DNA of 64,000 nucleotides from an uncultured Shewanella sp. Lineage in GTDB: Bacteria; Pseudomonadota; Gammaproteobacteria; Enterobacterales; Shewanellaceae. The DNA lies in the NCBI RefSeq assembly GCF_947497935.1, contig NZ_CANMIO010000017.1, positions 14,561-78,560 of the forward strand, read 5' to 3'. A program made the position numbers and the translations under genes. Position 1 is the stretch's first letter. Every line of letters begins with the position of its first letter. Under the pieces are notes generated by a model that did no database searches, was not told the DNA's origin, and worked only from the letters and a program-made list of their open reading frames with translations. Of the stretch, positions 37,342-46,160 are shown piece by piece.

Positions 37342-38106
37342 ATGGAGTTCTTAAAAGGAGCAAAGGATTTTGCAAGGAACCCACTGGGTATTGTTGCCCT
37401 ATTTATATCTTTGATTTATGGGTTTGCTTCACTACTGCTTGGGGCGTCAGCAGACAAGTTAGAGTCGTTAGAACGTTGGCCTTTGCTTGTTTTCGTTGTC
37501 ACTTTTCCATTTGTAGTACTTTATGTTTTTTACAAATTGGTTACGGAGCATCATGGAAAGCTATATAGCCCCGGTGACTACAAAGATGATGACTCATTTC
37601 TTAGAACTTTATCTCCAGAAGAAAAAGAAAAGAAATTGGAAAATGACGCTAAAGAAGCCACTGGGGATGTCTTTATTGAGAAAGCTCAACCAAGTCAAAG
37701 GGCATCGTTCTCAGCAACTAAAACACGCATTCAACAAGCCGAGAAACATGTTATTAATATGCTTTCCGCCGAATTGGGGGTTACTCCTAATATTGACGTG
37801 CAGATAAGTACTGAGAAATACACCTTCGATGCAGCATATTTTAAACCAGGGTCAAGCGCCACAATACTTGAGGTTAAATATTACTCACAACCAAGAATTA
37901 CGTTCAAAGCAGTACAAGAATTTGTTTATCGAGCAAAGCTGGCTGCTGAATACATGACGATAGATACCAAATTTATACTTGCTTTGGTTCTTGACGGTGA
38001 TACCGATAAATTCCAACTGATCGCTGACGCATGGTCAAAATCTCTAGAAGACTCTGGTCTAAATATTGAGTTGAGGGTTATAAGCGGAGAGGAAGTCAGT
38101 GCCTAA
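37342..38106 (+). CDS. Cassette ORF: two N-terminal TM helices plus a PD-(D/E)xK-like C-terminal region
   Basis: Begins after GTTAGGC and ends in GCCTAAC (exact complement); FDAAYFKPGSSATILEVKY motif. Confidence 0.75.
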   Translation: MEFLKGAKDFARNPLGIVALFISLIYGFASLLLGASADKLESLERWPLLVFVVTFPFVVLYVFYKLVTEHHGKLYSPGDYKDDDSFLRTLSPEEKEKKLENDAKEATGDVFIEKAQPSQRASFSATKTRIQQAEKHVINMLSAELGVTPNIDVQISTEKYTFDAAYFKPGSSATILEVKYYSQPRITFKAVQEFVYRAKLAAEYMTIDTKFILALVLDGDTDKFQLIADAWSKSLEDSGLNIELRVISGEEVSA

Positions 38107-38163
38107 CTAAGCCAGCCATAGGGACTTCCACACTGCGTGATCCAGCTCCTGGTGGCGTCAGGC
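38101..38163 (+). other. Degenerate short attC site (63 bp)
   Basis: GCCTAAC ... GTCAGGC (GTT changed to GTC) with imperfect internal symmetry, followed by AAAAGGAG and ATG as after the first attC. Confidence 0.55.
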
Positions 38164-38176
38164 AAAAGGAGAAAGT

Positions 38177-38557
38177 ATGAAGATCGAAGTACTCGAAGAG
38201 CCATTGTATGCAGGTGCTATAGCGTGTGAGACCGGTGCATTCAGAAAATGGCTGAAGATAAAGCACCCTGACGTCGAGGTAATCACTCCCTATGAAACAA
38301 ACAAGGTAGATCTACACGATTTTACTCTGGTTATGCCATTAGTTCAGTTGATTACTGATGGCTCAGTTCTTAGCTATCTGAACTTAGTTTTAGAATACTC
38401 AAACTATTACTTTTCATATATATGGGGTCAGAGTAAACTTTATTTGAGAACCATATTTTTCCTCATCCCACGCCCTAGCTTTAGGCTCCTTGCTCTAACG
38501 TATTTCTCTCCAAAAATAAGTTTGTACCATCCCAAGAGAGATAACTTGGTAAGTTGA
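38177..38557 (+). pseudogene. Probable truncated cassette ORF
   Basis: Strong RBS and start after the attC; the C-terminal part after about 38400 looks like read-through into non-coding sequence; no closing attC. Confidence 0.45.
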
Positions 38558-38565
38558 ATAATCAG

Positions 38566-38655
38566 ATGTCGCTGCGGCTGTGGGCTTCGGTTTCAGGGAT
38601 GAAACCGCAGAGCGGCCATGGATGGCTTTACAGCGTCCCACAGAAGTAGCGACAT
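38566..38655 (-). repeat. 90-bp foldback REP/MITE-like intergenic element, copy 2 (inverted relative to copy 1)
   Basis: ATGTCGCT.../...AGCGACAT ends; core 38575-38614. Confidence 0.8.
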
Positions 38656-38713
38656 GTGAACTGACTATCACCTTTCTTGATTCTGAACTGACTTATTACT
38701 CGCTAAACTCATC

Positions 38714-40735
38714 CTAAGGAGTGACAATATTAAACACACCTTTGGGTTTATCCAATGTAGAGAAGAAGCTGACTAAATCCAGCTTACTGCCCTCGATCTC
38801 AAGCTCATCAGAAAATAGCACCTCTTTCACTCCGGCTTTACCAATAATCAGATCGACAAACAGCTCATGGCTAATATTCAATGTGGCGTTAGCCTTAGCC
38901 GACTTAGGCGCGAGTTTATGATGCAACACGGCATTTTTAAGGCTTAAAACATAGTTTTGCTCAAGGTCGATAAAGTAAATGTTTAGCTCAAACTCCTCAC
39001 CAAATGCTTCAGGCCCAATCACTCTGGTCGCCATCGACTGCATAAAATTATCGAGCGGTGAATGAAGTAAAATAGACTTCATCGACGCGAGATCGATGCC
39101 CTTTTCAGGGCTACCGTGACGCAGCTCATAGGCCGCCGTCAGATACACATCTCGCCATGGTGCAGACTCAGCTTGATAGCCCAACTGATCATAAATACTG
39201 GCAAGCAAAGCTTTAGCTTCATTATGCTTAGGTTCTGCCACCACTAAATGATTTACCAGCTCTGCCGCCCAGCGATACTCGCCAGCAGCAACAGCTTTGT
39301 TAGCCGCTGCTATGATTTTGTCAGCGCCGCCCATTAGCTCCACATATTTAACCGCTGATGCCGTTGCTGGTAGTGGATCTAGGTTAACTGGATTGGCGTC
39401 GTACCAGCCTAAATAAGCTTGGTATACCGCCTTGGCATTATGCTTGGCGGTGCCGTAATAACCGCGGGTGGCAAAGGTGTTAGAAAGTGACGGCGGCATC
39501 TGTATTTGCTCGGCAATTTCTGCGGGGGTGAGCCCAGCATTTAGCATCCGCACGGCTTGGTCGTGAATATATTTATAGGTGTCACGCTGCTTTTCTAAGA
39601 ACTCATTGACTCTCTCTTGGCCCCAAATGGGCCAATGGTGACTGCCAAAATAGACTTTGGTGTCTCGCTGAGAATTAAGGGCATCATCAATCGCACGGCT
39701 CCAAGTCAATGCATCACGCACCTTTGCACCACGTAACGTATACAAATTATGCATATTCTTAGAGACCAGCTCCGCACCGCAATAGGCTTGCTGCTCAGGC
39801 AGGTAAAAAGTAAATTCGGCTGGCGCCTCTGAGCCCGAGACAATTTGAAACTCAAACGGCACGCCATCAATCATCATAGATGAATCTTGTTCGACGACTA
39901 AGGTCGGACTCAAGATCCCAAACTGTCCAAATGCAGGCTCTTTACCCAGCCCCGAATCGATATGACCACGCTTTGATCGCGGTAATTGCTTGCCATACAT
40001 ATACATGGCGCGGCGACTCATGGCGGTCCCAGCGGTAACATTCTCACTGGTTGCCTCATGCATAAAGCCTGCAGGCGCAATAATATCAACACCTTCAAAG
40101 GGATCCTCTACTTGTGCATTCTCGTCTAACAAACCTAATGCGCCGCCGAAGTGATCCATATGACTATGGGTGAAGATAATCGCTGATACGGGGCGTGCTC
40201 CCAATGTCTTATTGAGAAACTCGAAGGCAACATTAGCCGTTTCTGCCGTGGTAAGCGGGTCGATAATAATCCAGCCGGTCTCTCCCTCAATCACTGTCAT
40301 GTTGGCTAAATCGAAGCCCCGCAACTGATAGACACCCTCTGTCACCTCAAACAGGCCGTCTATGTTGTTGAGACTCGCTTGACGCCAGAGGCTGGGGTTA
40401 ACGCTAGTAGGAGCTTCTCCCTTGATAAAATCATAAGCAGTTCTATCCCAGACTGTATTGCCCTCACTATCCAATACGGTTAGCTCATCCATTCTCGCAA
40501 TAAAGCCTCGTTTGGCATCTTCAAAATCTTGAACGTCATCGAAAGGCAATTGAGATCTCACGGCCTGATTAGCCGCGACCGTATGTAAACTCGCAGGCGT
40601 AAACCCTTCGCTATCAGCGACTAACGAGGAGAGTTCTGGGGATGTAATTTCAGGCTGGCACCCCAGTAGCAAGAGAGTCGTTACTCCTGCAAGCATATAA
40701 GGTTTGAGGGTCTTTTTTGTTGTTTTTTTTAGCAT
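38714..40735 (-). CDS. Alkyl/aryl sulfatase (SdsA1/BDS1 family, MBL fold), lipoprotein
   Basis: Lipobox LLGC; SLWRQA; RGFDLANM; THSHMDHFGG; HNLYTLRGA; C-terminal SCP2-like region. Confidence 0.93.
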   Translation of the reverse strand: MLKKTTKKTLKPYMLAGVTTLLLLGCQPEITSPELSSLVADSEGFTPASLHTVAANQAVRSQLPFDDVQDFEDAKRGFIARMDELTVLDSEGNTVWDRTAYDFIKGEAPTSVNPSLWRQASLNNIDGLFEVTEGVYQLRGFDLANMTVIEGETGWIIIDPLTTAETANVAFEFLNKTLGARPVSAIIFTHSHMDHFGGALGLLDENAQVEDPFEGVDIIAPAGFMHEATSENVTAGTAMSRRAMYMYGKQLPRSKRGHIDSGLGKEPAFGQFGILSPTLVVEQDSSMMIDGVPFEFQIVSGSEAPAEFTFYLPEQQAYCGAELVSKNMHNLYTLRGAKVRDALTWSRAIDDALNSQRDTKVYFGSHHWPIWGQERVNEFLEKQRDTYKYIHDQAVRMLNAGLTPAEIAEQIQMPPSLSNTFATRGYYGTAKHNAKAVYQAYLGWYDANPVNLDPLPATASAVKYVELMGGADKIIAAANKAVAAGEYRWAAELVNHLVVAEPKHNEAKALLASIYDQLGYQAESAPWRDVYLTAAYELRHGSPEKGIDLASMKSILLHSPLDNFMQSMATRVIGPEAFGEEFELNIYFIDLEQNYVLSLKNAVLHHKLAPKSAKANATLNISHELFVDLIIGKAGVKEVLFSDELEIEGSKLDLVSFFSTLDKPKGVFNIVTP

Positions 40736-40866
40736 CTGTCTGCGCCAAGTTGTTAATAACTTAAGTTCAACCTATTACACATTAACAACATGGCAGTTAT
40801 CATTTTTCGCCAATTCTCTCGGCAGTGACTTAAACGCTCCATCCGTTTCGCTCTAGCGAGTAAAGG

Positions 40867-41892
40867 TTAACCTGTAAACGAGCCGTTTTTTTGACGATAC
40901 TGCGAAGGGCTGATCCCCTGCCAAGACTTGAATGAGCGCGTAAAGTTGCTCACGCTGCTATAGCCTAGAGTGTCGGATAGCAGGGCAATAGACATATCGG
41001 TATGGGTGAGATAATGATGCGCAAGTTCTTGACGCTTAAGGCTGAGTAGTTCTCTAAAGCCTGTGCCTTCGAGCTGTAGATATCGGCCTAAGCTGCGCTC
41101 ACTAATATTATACATCTGCGCTATTTTTGCCGCCGTAGGCTCTTGATTAAGTAAACTTGCGTGGATCCCTTGGCTGGTTTTTTGTCTCCAGCTCAACGCC
41201 TGCATGTTATCTAGATATTGCCGCACGGCAACTTCATTAGACTTAGCCAGCAAGGGATCTTTAGTTAGCGCGGCCTGCTCTAGCATGCTTCTATCCATCC
41301 ACATGCAATTATCGGCTGCATTCATCACCACTGGACAGCCGAAACACGCTTGCCAGGCTTGAGTCGACTTTGCCCCCTGACGTATTAGCTCGACTCTACG
41401 CACAAAATGACTATGACCGACCATCTGTTTACCGTGCTGCATTAGACTACTAAAGAACGCATCAATAGCTAATTCGCTAATTTCAACGCCTTTTAATGGA
41501 CTAATCGTCAGCCCAAGCATGTGTGGCGTACGCTGTAAACGGATCCGCCCACCGTTACTCACAAGCGCAGAATAGTCAGGCAATGCTTCGAAGGCTTGCG
41601 CCAATGAGTCACTCGCCATTAATAACTTGCCCAAGTTATGAAAATGCATCGGGTAAGCATAACGACCAACGGTTAGACCAAAAGCCGCAGAAGCTGATGC
41701 CTTTTCTGCCGCTTGCCAAAGCCGTGTCATTTTATCGATATCGACTCTGGCATCGGGCTGAGCCTCTAACCGCTCAAGATCTAAACCGACTTGTTTAAAC
41801 AGGGCTCTAGGCTCAATGTTACTCACACTTAATGCCCGAGCAATCGCCAAAGACCAAGCTGCAATCGTGGTGTAGCTATCCAAGATAATCAA
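40867..41892 (-). CDS. AraC family regulator (long N-terminal domain, OruR-like)
   Basis: ISERSLGRYL..EGTGF; LGYSSVSNFTRSFKSWQGISPSQYR. Confidence 0.92.
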   Translation of the reverse strand: MIILDSYTTIAAWSLAIARALSVSNIEPRALFKQVGLDLERLEAQPDARVDIDKMTRLWQAAEKASASAAFGLTVGRYAYPMHFHNLGKLLMASDSLAQAFEALPDYSALVSNGGRIRLQRTPHMLGLTISPLKGVEISELAIDAFFSSLMQHGKQMVGHSHFVRRVELIRQGAKSTQAWQACFGCPVVMNAADNCMWMDRSMLEQAALTKDPLLAKSNEVAVRQYLDNMQALSWRQKTSQGIHASLLNQEPTAAKIAQMYNISERSLGRYLQLEGTGFRELLSLKRQELAHHYLTHTDMSIALLSDTLGYSSVSNFTRSFKSWQGISPSQYRQKNGSFTG

Positions 41893-42394
41893 TGCCTCTT
41901 AACAAGAGATGCTCTTCAGCTTACGGCGGCTCATCGCGCCATCGTATATGGCTAATAAGCCCTATGTTTGTCGAACTCCAAAGTAATCACGCTGACTCGA
42001 TTGATACTTCTTTTGCTCTATCAAACGGGCGTATAGCTTGGTTTATCGATAGCCAAAGTCACCTTGCAATGCACATATTCATCGACAACCTCCCCACTAA
42101 CAAACTGATATAGAAGTTAATATCTGCAACTGCGCTATCAAGTCTCTGCCCGGCATTTTAGCCACCACAACACCTCTTCCTTCTGGTTAACGCTCAACGG
42201 GAGCTCCCTGTCACCAGCTAGCGGTAAGGTGATTATTTTATTGCGATTTAATCGCAGTGAATATCGAATTTCGAATAAGTAGCATTCAATAAGCCCACAT
42301 TATCAGCTTGCCTTATATCTAAGCAACCCAGCAAAGAAAAAGGCTCAAAGGAGAACCCTTGAGCCTTATAAAATGAGTCATGTTTGACACATGA

Positions 42395-43819
42395 TTAGTA
42401 ACCGTAACGAGTCACTTCCGACCAATTTTTATCGACTTCTTGCTTAATGAACTGCTGCTTTTGCTCCGTCAATTTATCAAGCTTAATTCCTACCGCGGCT
42501 TGAGCCGACTCTTTGCTACTAATGTCTGGATACTCAACCTTAGTGACAGCAAACATCTTCAAAATTTCGGCTAACGATTCACGGGCATACTTAACCTGCC
42601 TGATGGACATATCCAGTAGCGCATTGCCCTCTTTAGGATTATGGGCATACAGACCATGTGATGCCATGGCGAAGTCCCAGCGCCACTGTGAGTGACGAAT
42701 CGCCATAATCGCATCATTCATCAAGGGCCAAGTCGCGCCAGCCTCCCAAGCCGCTGCGGCCTCATAGTGAGCCTTAACCAAGAGCTCTTCGACTTCCCGA
42801 GCTTTAGCATTGATTTTGGCTTTACTGTTCTCAAGCGACTTAATAATGGTTTTTTCACTCTTGTGGCAGTTTTGACAAACTGAGTCAAAGTGATCCAAGG
42901 CTTTACTCACCTTATGGCTGGTAAATGTATTGCCTTGTTTGTCTGTTTCTTCAGGCATATGGCAAGTAATACAAGTCACACCAGCCTCAGCATGCTCACT
43001 TCTCATCCAATGCTCAAACTCAGGGTGACGCGCCTTTAAGATTGGCGTTTTAGAGATAGGGTGGATCCATTCATAGAAGCGGCGAGTATCGTAATACTTC
43101 TCGATATCGTCGACATTGTTACCGAAGATCCACGGGATATTGACCTTGTCACTGCGCTCCGGTTGGAAATAGTAAGTCACATGACACTGACCACAAACCT
43201 GTGCCCCTTGCATATTGGCATCTTGCTTGTCGAAAGGCAGATGCACTTTCGCCATCGCATCTTGGGCATGGGGTCGTGGCAAAGCCAGCTCAGCCTTGCC
43301 GTCAACGTGACAATCGGTGCAATAGACCACGCTATTGACTTCAACCCCAACATCGGTAAAGTTTTTCGCAGAAAACCCCTCTACACCAAGCTCATTCATT
43401 AGTCTTGGCGCATCCGGTGTCTTACAGGTCCAGCAGCTAGCAGACAAGCCCTTGTCTCCCGCCGCTGGCGGCACGCCAGTACGTAGGGTATGTGTCACAT
43501 CAGCCACCGCGAAATGGTGGCCGCGAGGGCTGTTGTACTCTTTTGCAAATGAGGAGCCGGCCCATAAGATGATCGCCGCAGGATAGCTAGCAAGCATATC
43601 TTCACGCTCTGTTTGCTCCGAAGTCTCCTGCCAGCTTTGATACTGCACCGGAAATTTGGCCCGTAGCGATTGATCTCTTTGCTGTTGCTCTTTTGCTGCA
43701 ACAGTCTGAGCATTGGCATTATCAGCGGCTTGCGCACTTGCTACCGACATAAGCATGGCTAACGAAATCGGCCCTGCAATTTTTATCAGATTGTTTACTG
43801 TCATTTGTTTTTCTATCAA
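42395..43819 (-). CDS. nrfA: Pentaheme cytochrome c nitrite reductase NrfA, KxRH type
   Basis: CWTCK, CTDCH, CGQCH, CITCH, CQNCH; SPRGH; KARHPE; signal peptide. Confidence 0.9.
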   Translation of the reverse strand: MIEKQMTVNNLIKIAGPISLAMLMSVASAQAADNANAQTVAAKEQQQRDQSLRAKFPVQYQSWQETSEQTEREDMLASYPAAIILWAGSSFAKEYNSPRGHHFAVADVTHTLRTGVPPAAGDKGLSASCWTCKTPDAPRLMNELGVEGFSAKNFTDVGVEVNSVVYCTDCHVDGKAELALPRPHAQDAMAKVHLPFDKQDANMQGAQVCGQCHVTYYFQPERSDKVNIPWIFGNNVDDIEKYYDTRRFYEWIHPISKTPILKARHPEFEHWMRSEHAEAGVTCITCHMPEETDKQGNTFTSHKVSKALDHFDSVCQNCHKSEKTIIKSLENSKAKINAKAREVEELLVKAHYEAAAAWEAGATWPLMNDAIMAIRHSQWRWDFAMASHGLYAHNPKEGNALLDMSIRQVKYARESLAEILKMFAVTKVEYPDISSKESAQAAVGIKLDKLTEQKQQFIKQEVDKNWSEVTRYGY

Positions 43820-43918
43820 CCTTATCTGCGTTCTTATTCTTTGGCCTTATTAAAAAGCTGCTTTTATCAAGCGACTTTTTATTAAGAAATCCCTCTAGGT
43901 AAAGCTATTAAAGTAAAG

Positions 43919-45130
43919 CTATCCGGGTCGACCATCTATACGCGGTTTAGAGAGTATCGAAGCGTAATTTATTACAAACATAGCAAACGCCAGCGACCAC
44001 AATCCCCCCGCTAACCATAACCATACTTGGTACTGAGCCGGTGCGATGATTGGCATTACCGAGCGCAGTATGGCTGCAATGGGCAAACAAGCGAACGCCA
44101 CAGCCATATTCGGCCCTTCATAAATATTGCGGCTGGTGTGGCCTAATGACACTCTCGAGATCATTGAAAGACAGATCCCCGCCAGCGTACCTATGGCAAA
44201 GAGGTGTAATAAATGCCTATAGGCCATTGAGTCATTAATATTCCATGCTAATAAAAATAGCGTGATGGGAAGAAACAAATAGGCAATTTGCAACGACCAT
44301 AGCATAGGCTCTTTTAGTGTCTTATGGGGAAACCAGCGCAACCATCGAACTAAGTGTAATCCACCTGCGCTATATAGTAGCACTTGCTCTAATCCTTTAG
44401 GCATCACCTGAGTGATCGCCTGCACCACCAAAGCCACCATAATTATGATTAAGCTTCTGTCGAGAATCGCAATTGGCTGTGGTTTCGTCTGTTTTATACG
44501 TATAGCAGTGAAGAAAGGGATGACACGTCCACCGACTATGGTGATAAGCAGACCTAGCCACCACAGCATGGCTTGCCAAATTTGCTGACTCAGAGAAAAG
44601 TCTCTCTCGCTGAGGGCGTAATAGCTTAAGAGATTAATCAGCATCGCCACAAATAACATGATAGGAAAGCCGATATTATGCCACTGCTTCACCTTATAGA
44701 TGCAGCGCCAAAGTTTTATGGCGGTGAAGGTTAAAAACAAGGAGTCGAGTAATGCTGGCAGCCACAGAGGAATAGAAACTGGAAGCAGCAGGGTCAGTCT
44801 TGCTAATAGCCAGCAAGAGAAAGTCAGCGCCAAGGCCCAGCCTTTCATCCCAGGCTGATTCGTCCATGTCTGTACCGATGTCAGCAAGAACCCACAAACA
44901 ATCGCTAATGCAAAACCAAACAACATCTCATGGGGATGCCACCATAACGGCACGACTTTCACCCAGAAGTCAGTCTGGAACAGACTATATTGCGGATAAA
45001 ACCAGGTGAGTAGCCATAAAGGCACGAATAGCATGGCGACTGTTGCACCACCTAAGAAAAAAGGTCTAAACCCTAAGCGAAAAATGGCCGGGATCTTTTC
45101 CGTCGCTTTTGGATCATCAATATTCAGCAT
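43919..45130 (-). CDS. nnrS: NnrS family protein
   Basis: FRLGFRPFFL, WHPHEMLFGF, GFLLTS, GRVIPFFT, SRVSLGHTSR; start at 45130. Confidence 0.95.
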   Translation of the reverse strand: MLNIDDPKATEKIPAIFRLGFRPFFLGGATVAMLFVPLWLLTWFYPQYSLFQTDFWVKVVPLWWHPHEMLFGFALAIVCGFLLTSVQTWTNQPGMKGWALALTFSCWLLARLTLLLPVSIPLWLPALLDSLFLTFTAIKLWRCIYKVKQWHNIGFPIMLFVAMLINLLSYYALSERDFSLSQQIWQAMLWWLGLLITIVGGRVIPFFTAIRIKQTKPQPIAILDRSLIIIMVALVVQAITQVMPKGLEQVLLYSAGGLHLVRWLRWFPHKTLKEPMLWSLQIAYLFLPITLFLLAWNINDSMAYRHLLHLFAIGTLAGICLSMISRVSLGHTSRNIYEGPNMAVAFACLPIAAILRSVMPIIAPAQYQVWLWLAGGLWSLAFAMFVINYASILSKPRIDGRPG

Positions 45131-45145
45131 AGTCCACCCCATAAA

Positions 45146-45164
45146 CACGCATTTTAAATACAGC
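45146..45164 (-). promoter_or_regulatory. Candidate NsrR operator
   Basis: Minus strand GCTGTATTTAAAATGCGTG versus GATGTATTTAAAATGCATC (16/19), 16 bp upstream of the nnrS ATG. Confidence 0.7.
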
Positions 45165-45537
45165 TTTAAGTTATTCGTCAGTGTATCCGCGCCTATTCAT
45201 GATAACAATCACTATCGGTTTAGATTATAGCTTCTGTGAGCCATGTGGCTATCTGACTGTTTTAAATCTATATCTTTATGAGTAGACAACCAAATCCAGC
45301 TTATCCTTGTTCTACTTTTTACTCGAAATGTTCCAGACCCATCTCCCTTTTTTAAATACCTACAGCATCACTTACATAATAGGGAGCGACTACCTGCCTT
45401 TACAGACCCTCTTACCATTCCATTCCATGCCCTACCTTCAGATTACCAACCACTCAAATACCTAAAAACACTTAGCGCATCTAACTGTCTATGCTAGATT
45501 GAATAACAATCTGTTATGTAAACTGGTTGGATAAAAA

Positions 45538-46158
45538 ATGGCACTCGCGGCAAAAAAAATCCTCGTCCTCTATGCTCACCCCTCTCAAGAACGATCTGAA
45601 ATCAACACCCCATTATTTAAAGCAACCCAATTACAGCCGAACGTGACTGCCGTTGATCTCTATGGGGAGTACCCCACTTTCAGGATCAATATCGACAAAG
45701 AACAACAAAGACTCAGAGACCACGACATAGTGGTCTTTATGTTTCCGCTGTACTGGTATTCCACCCCTGCAATTTTAAAAGAGTGGCAAGATCTAGTCTT
45801 AGAGTACAACTTTGCCTACGGCACTAAAGGCAAAACCCTATGTGGAAAAACCTTTCTGTGCGCGCTCAGCGCGGGAGGCAGTGAAGCGGCCTACAATGAA
45901 GATGGCTACAATCACTTTACCCTAAGAGAGCTGCTAAGACCCTTAGAGCAGATGGCTAACTTAACTGGTATGCATTTCTTAGCGCCTTTTGCACTCTTCT
46001 GTGCCCGCAGCGCCTCAGAGGAGAATCGAGTGGATACTCATGTGCAAAAGTGGATTCGAACACTCTCGGCACTGAGTGAGGGCAGATTCGATATAGAACG
46101 AGCGCTATCCCTCGATAAATTGAATGGTCATCTCGACCAATTGATCCAGGAGCACTGA
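45538..46158 (+). CDS. KefF/KefG-like NAD(P)H oxidoreductase (flavodoxin-2 fold)
   Basis: LYAHP, FPLYWYSTPAILKEWQDLVL. Confidence 0.92.
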   Translation: MALAAKKILVLYAHPSQERSEINTPLFKATQLQPNVTAVDLYGEYPTFRINIDKEQQRLRDHDIVVFMFPLYWYSTPAILKEWQDLVLEYNFAYGTKGKTLCGKTFLCALSAGGSEAAYNEDGYNHFTLRELLRPLEQMANLTGMHFLAPFALFCARSASEENRVDTHVQKWIRTLSALSEGRFDIERALSLDKLNGHLDQLIQEH

Positions 46159-46160
46159 TA

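Noticed and set aside
35879-38655. CRISPR array or intact insertion sequence
   Set aside because: Only two repeat copies, inverted and 2.6 kb apart; no spacers, cas genes or transposase
41892-42390. 73-aa ORF or possible riboswitch between nrfA and the AraC gene
   Set aside because: No riboswitch consensus recognised, and the ORF overlaps the AraC start in antisense; possibly a decayed remnant but unsupported
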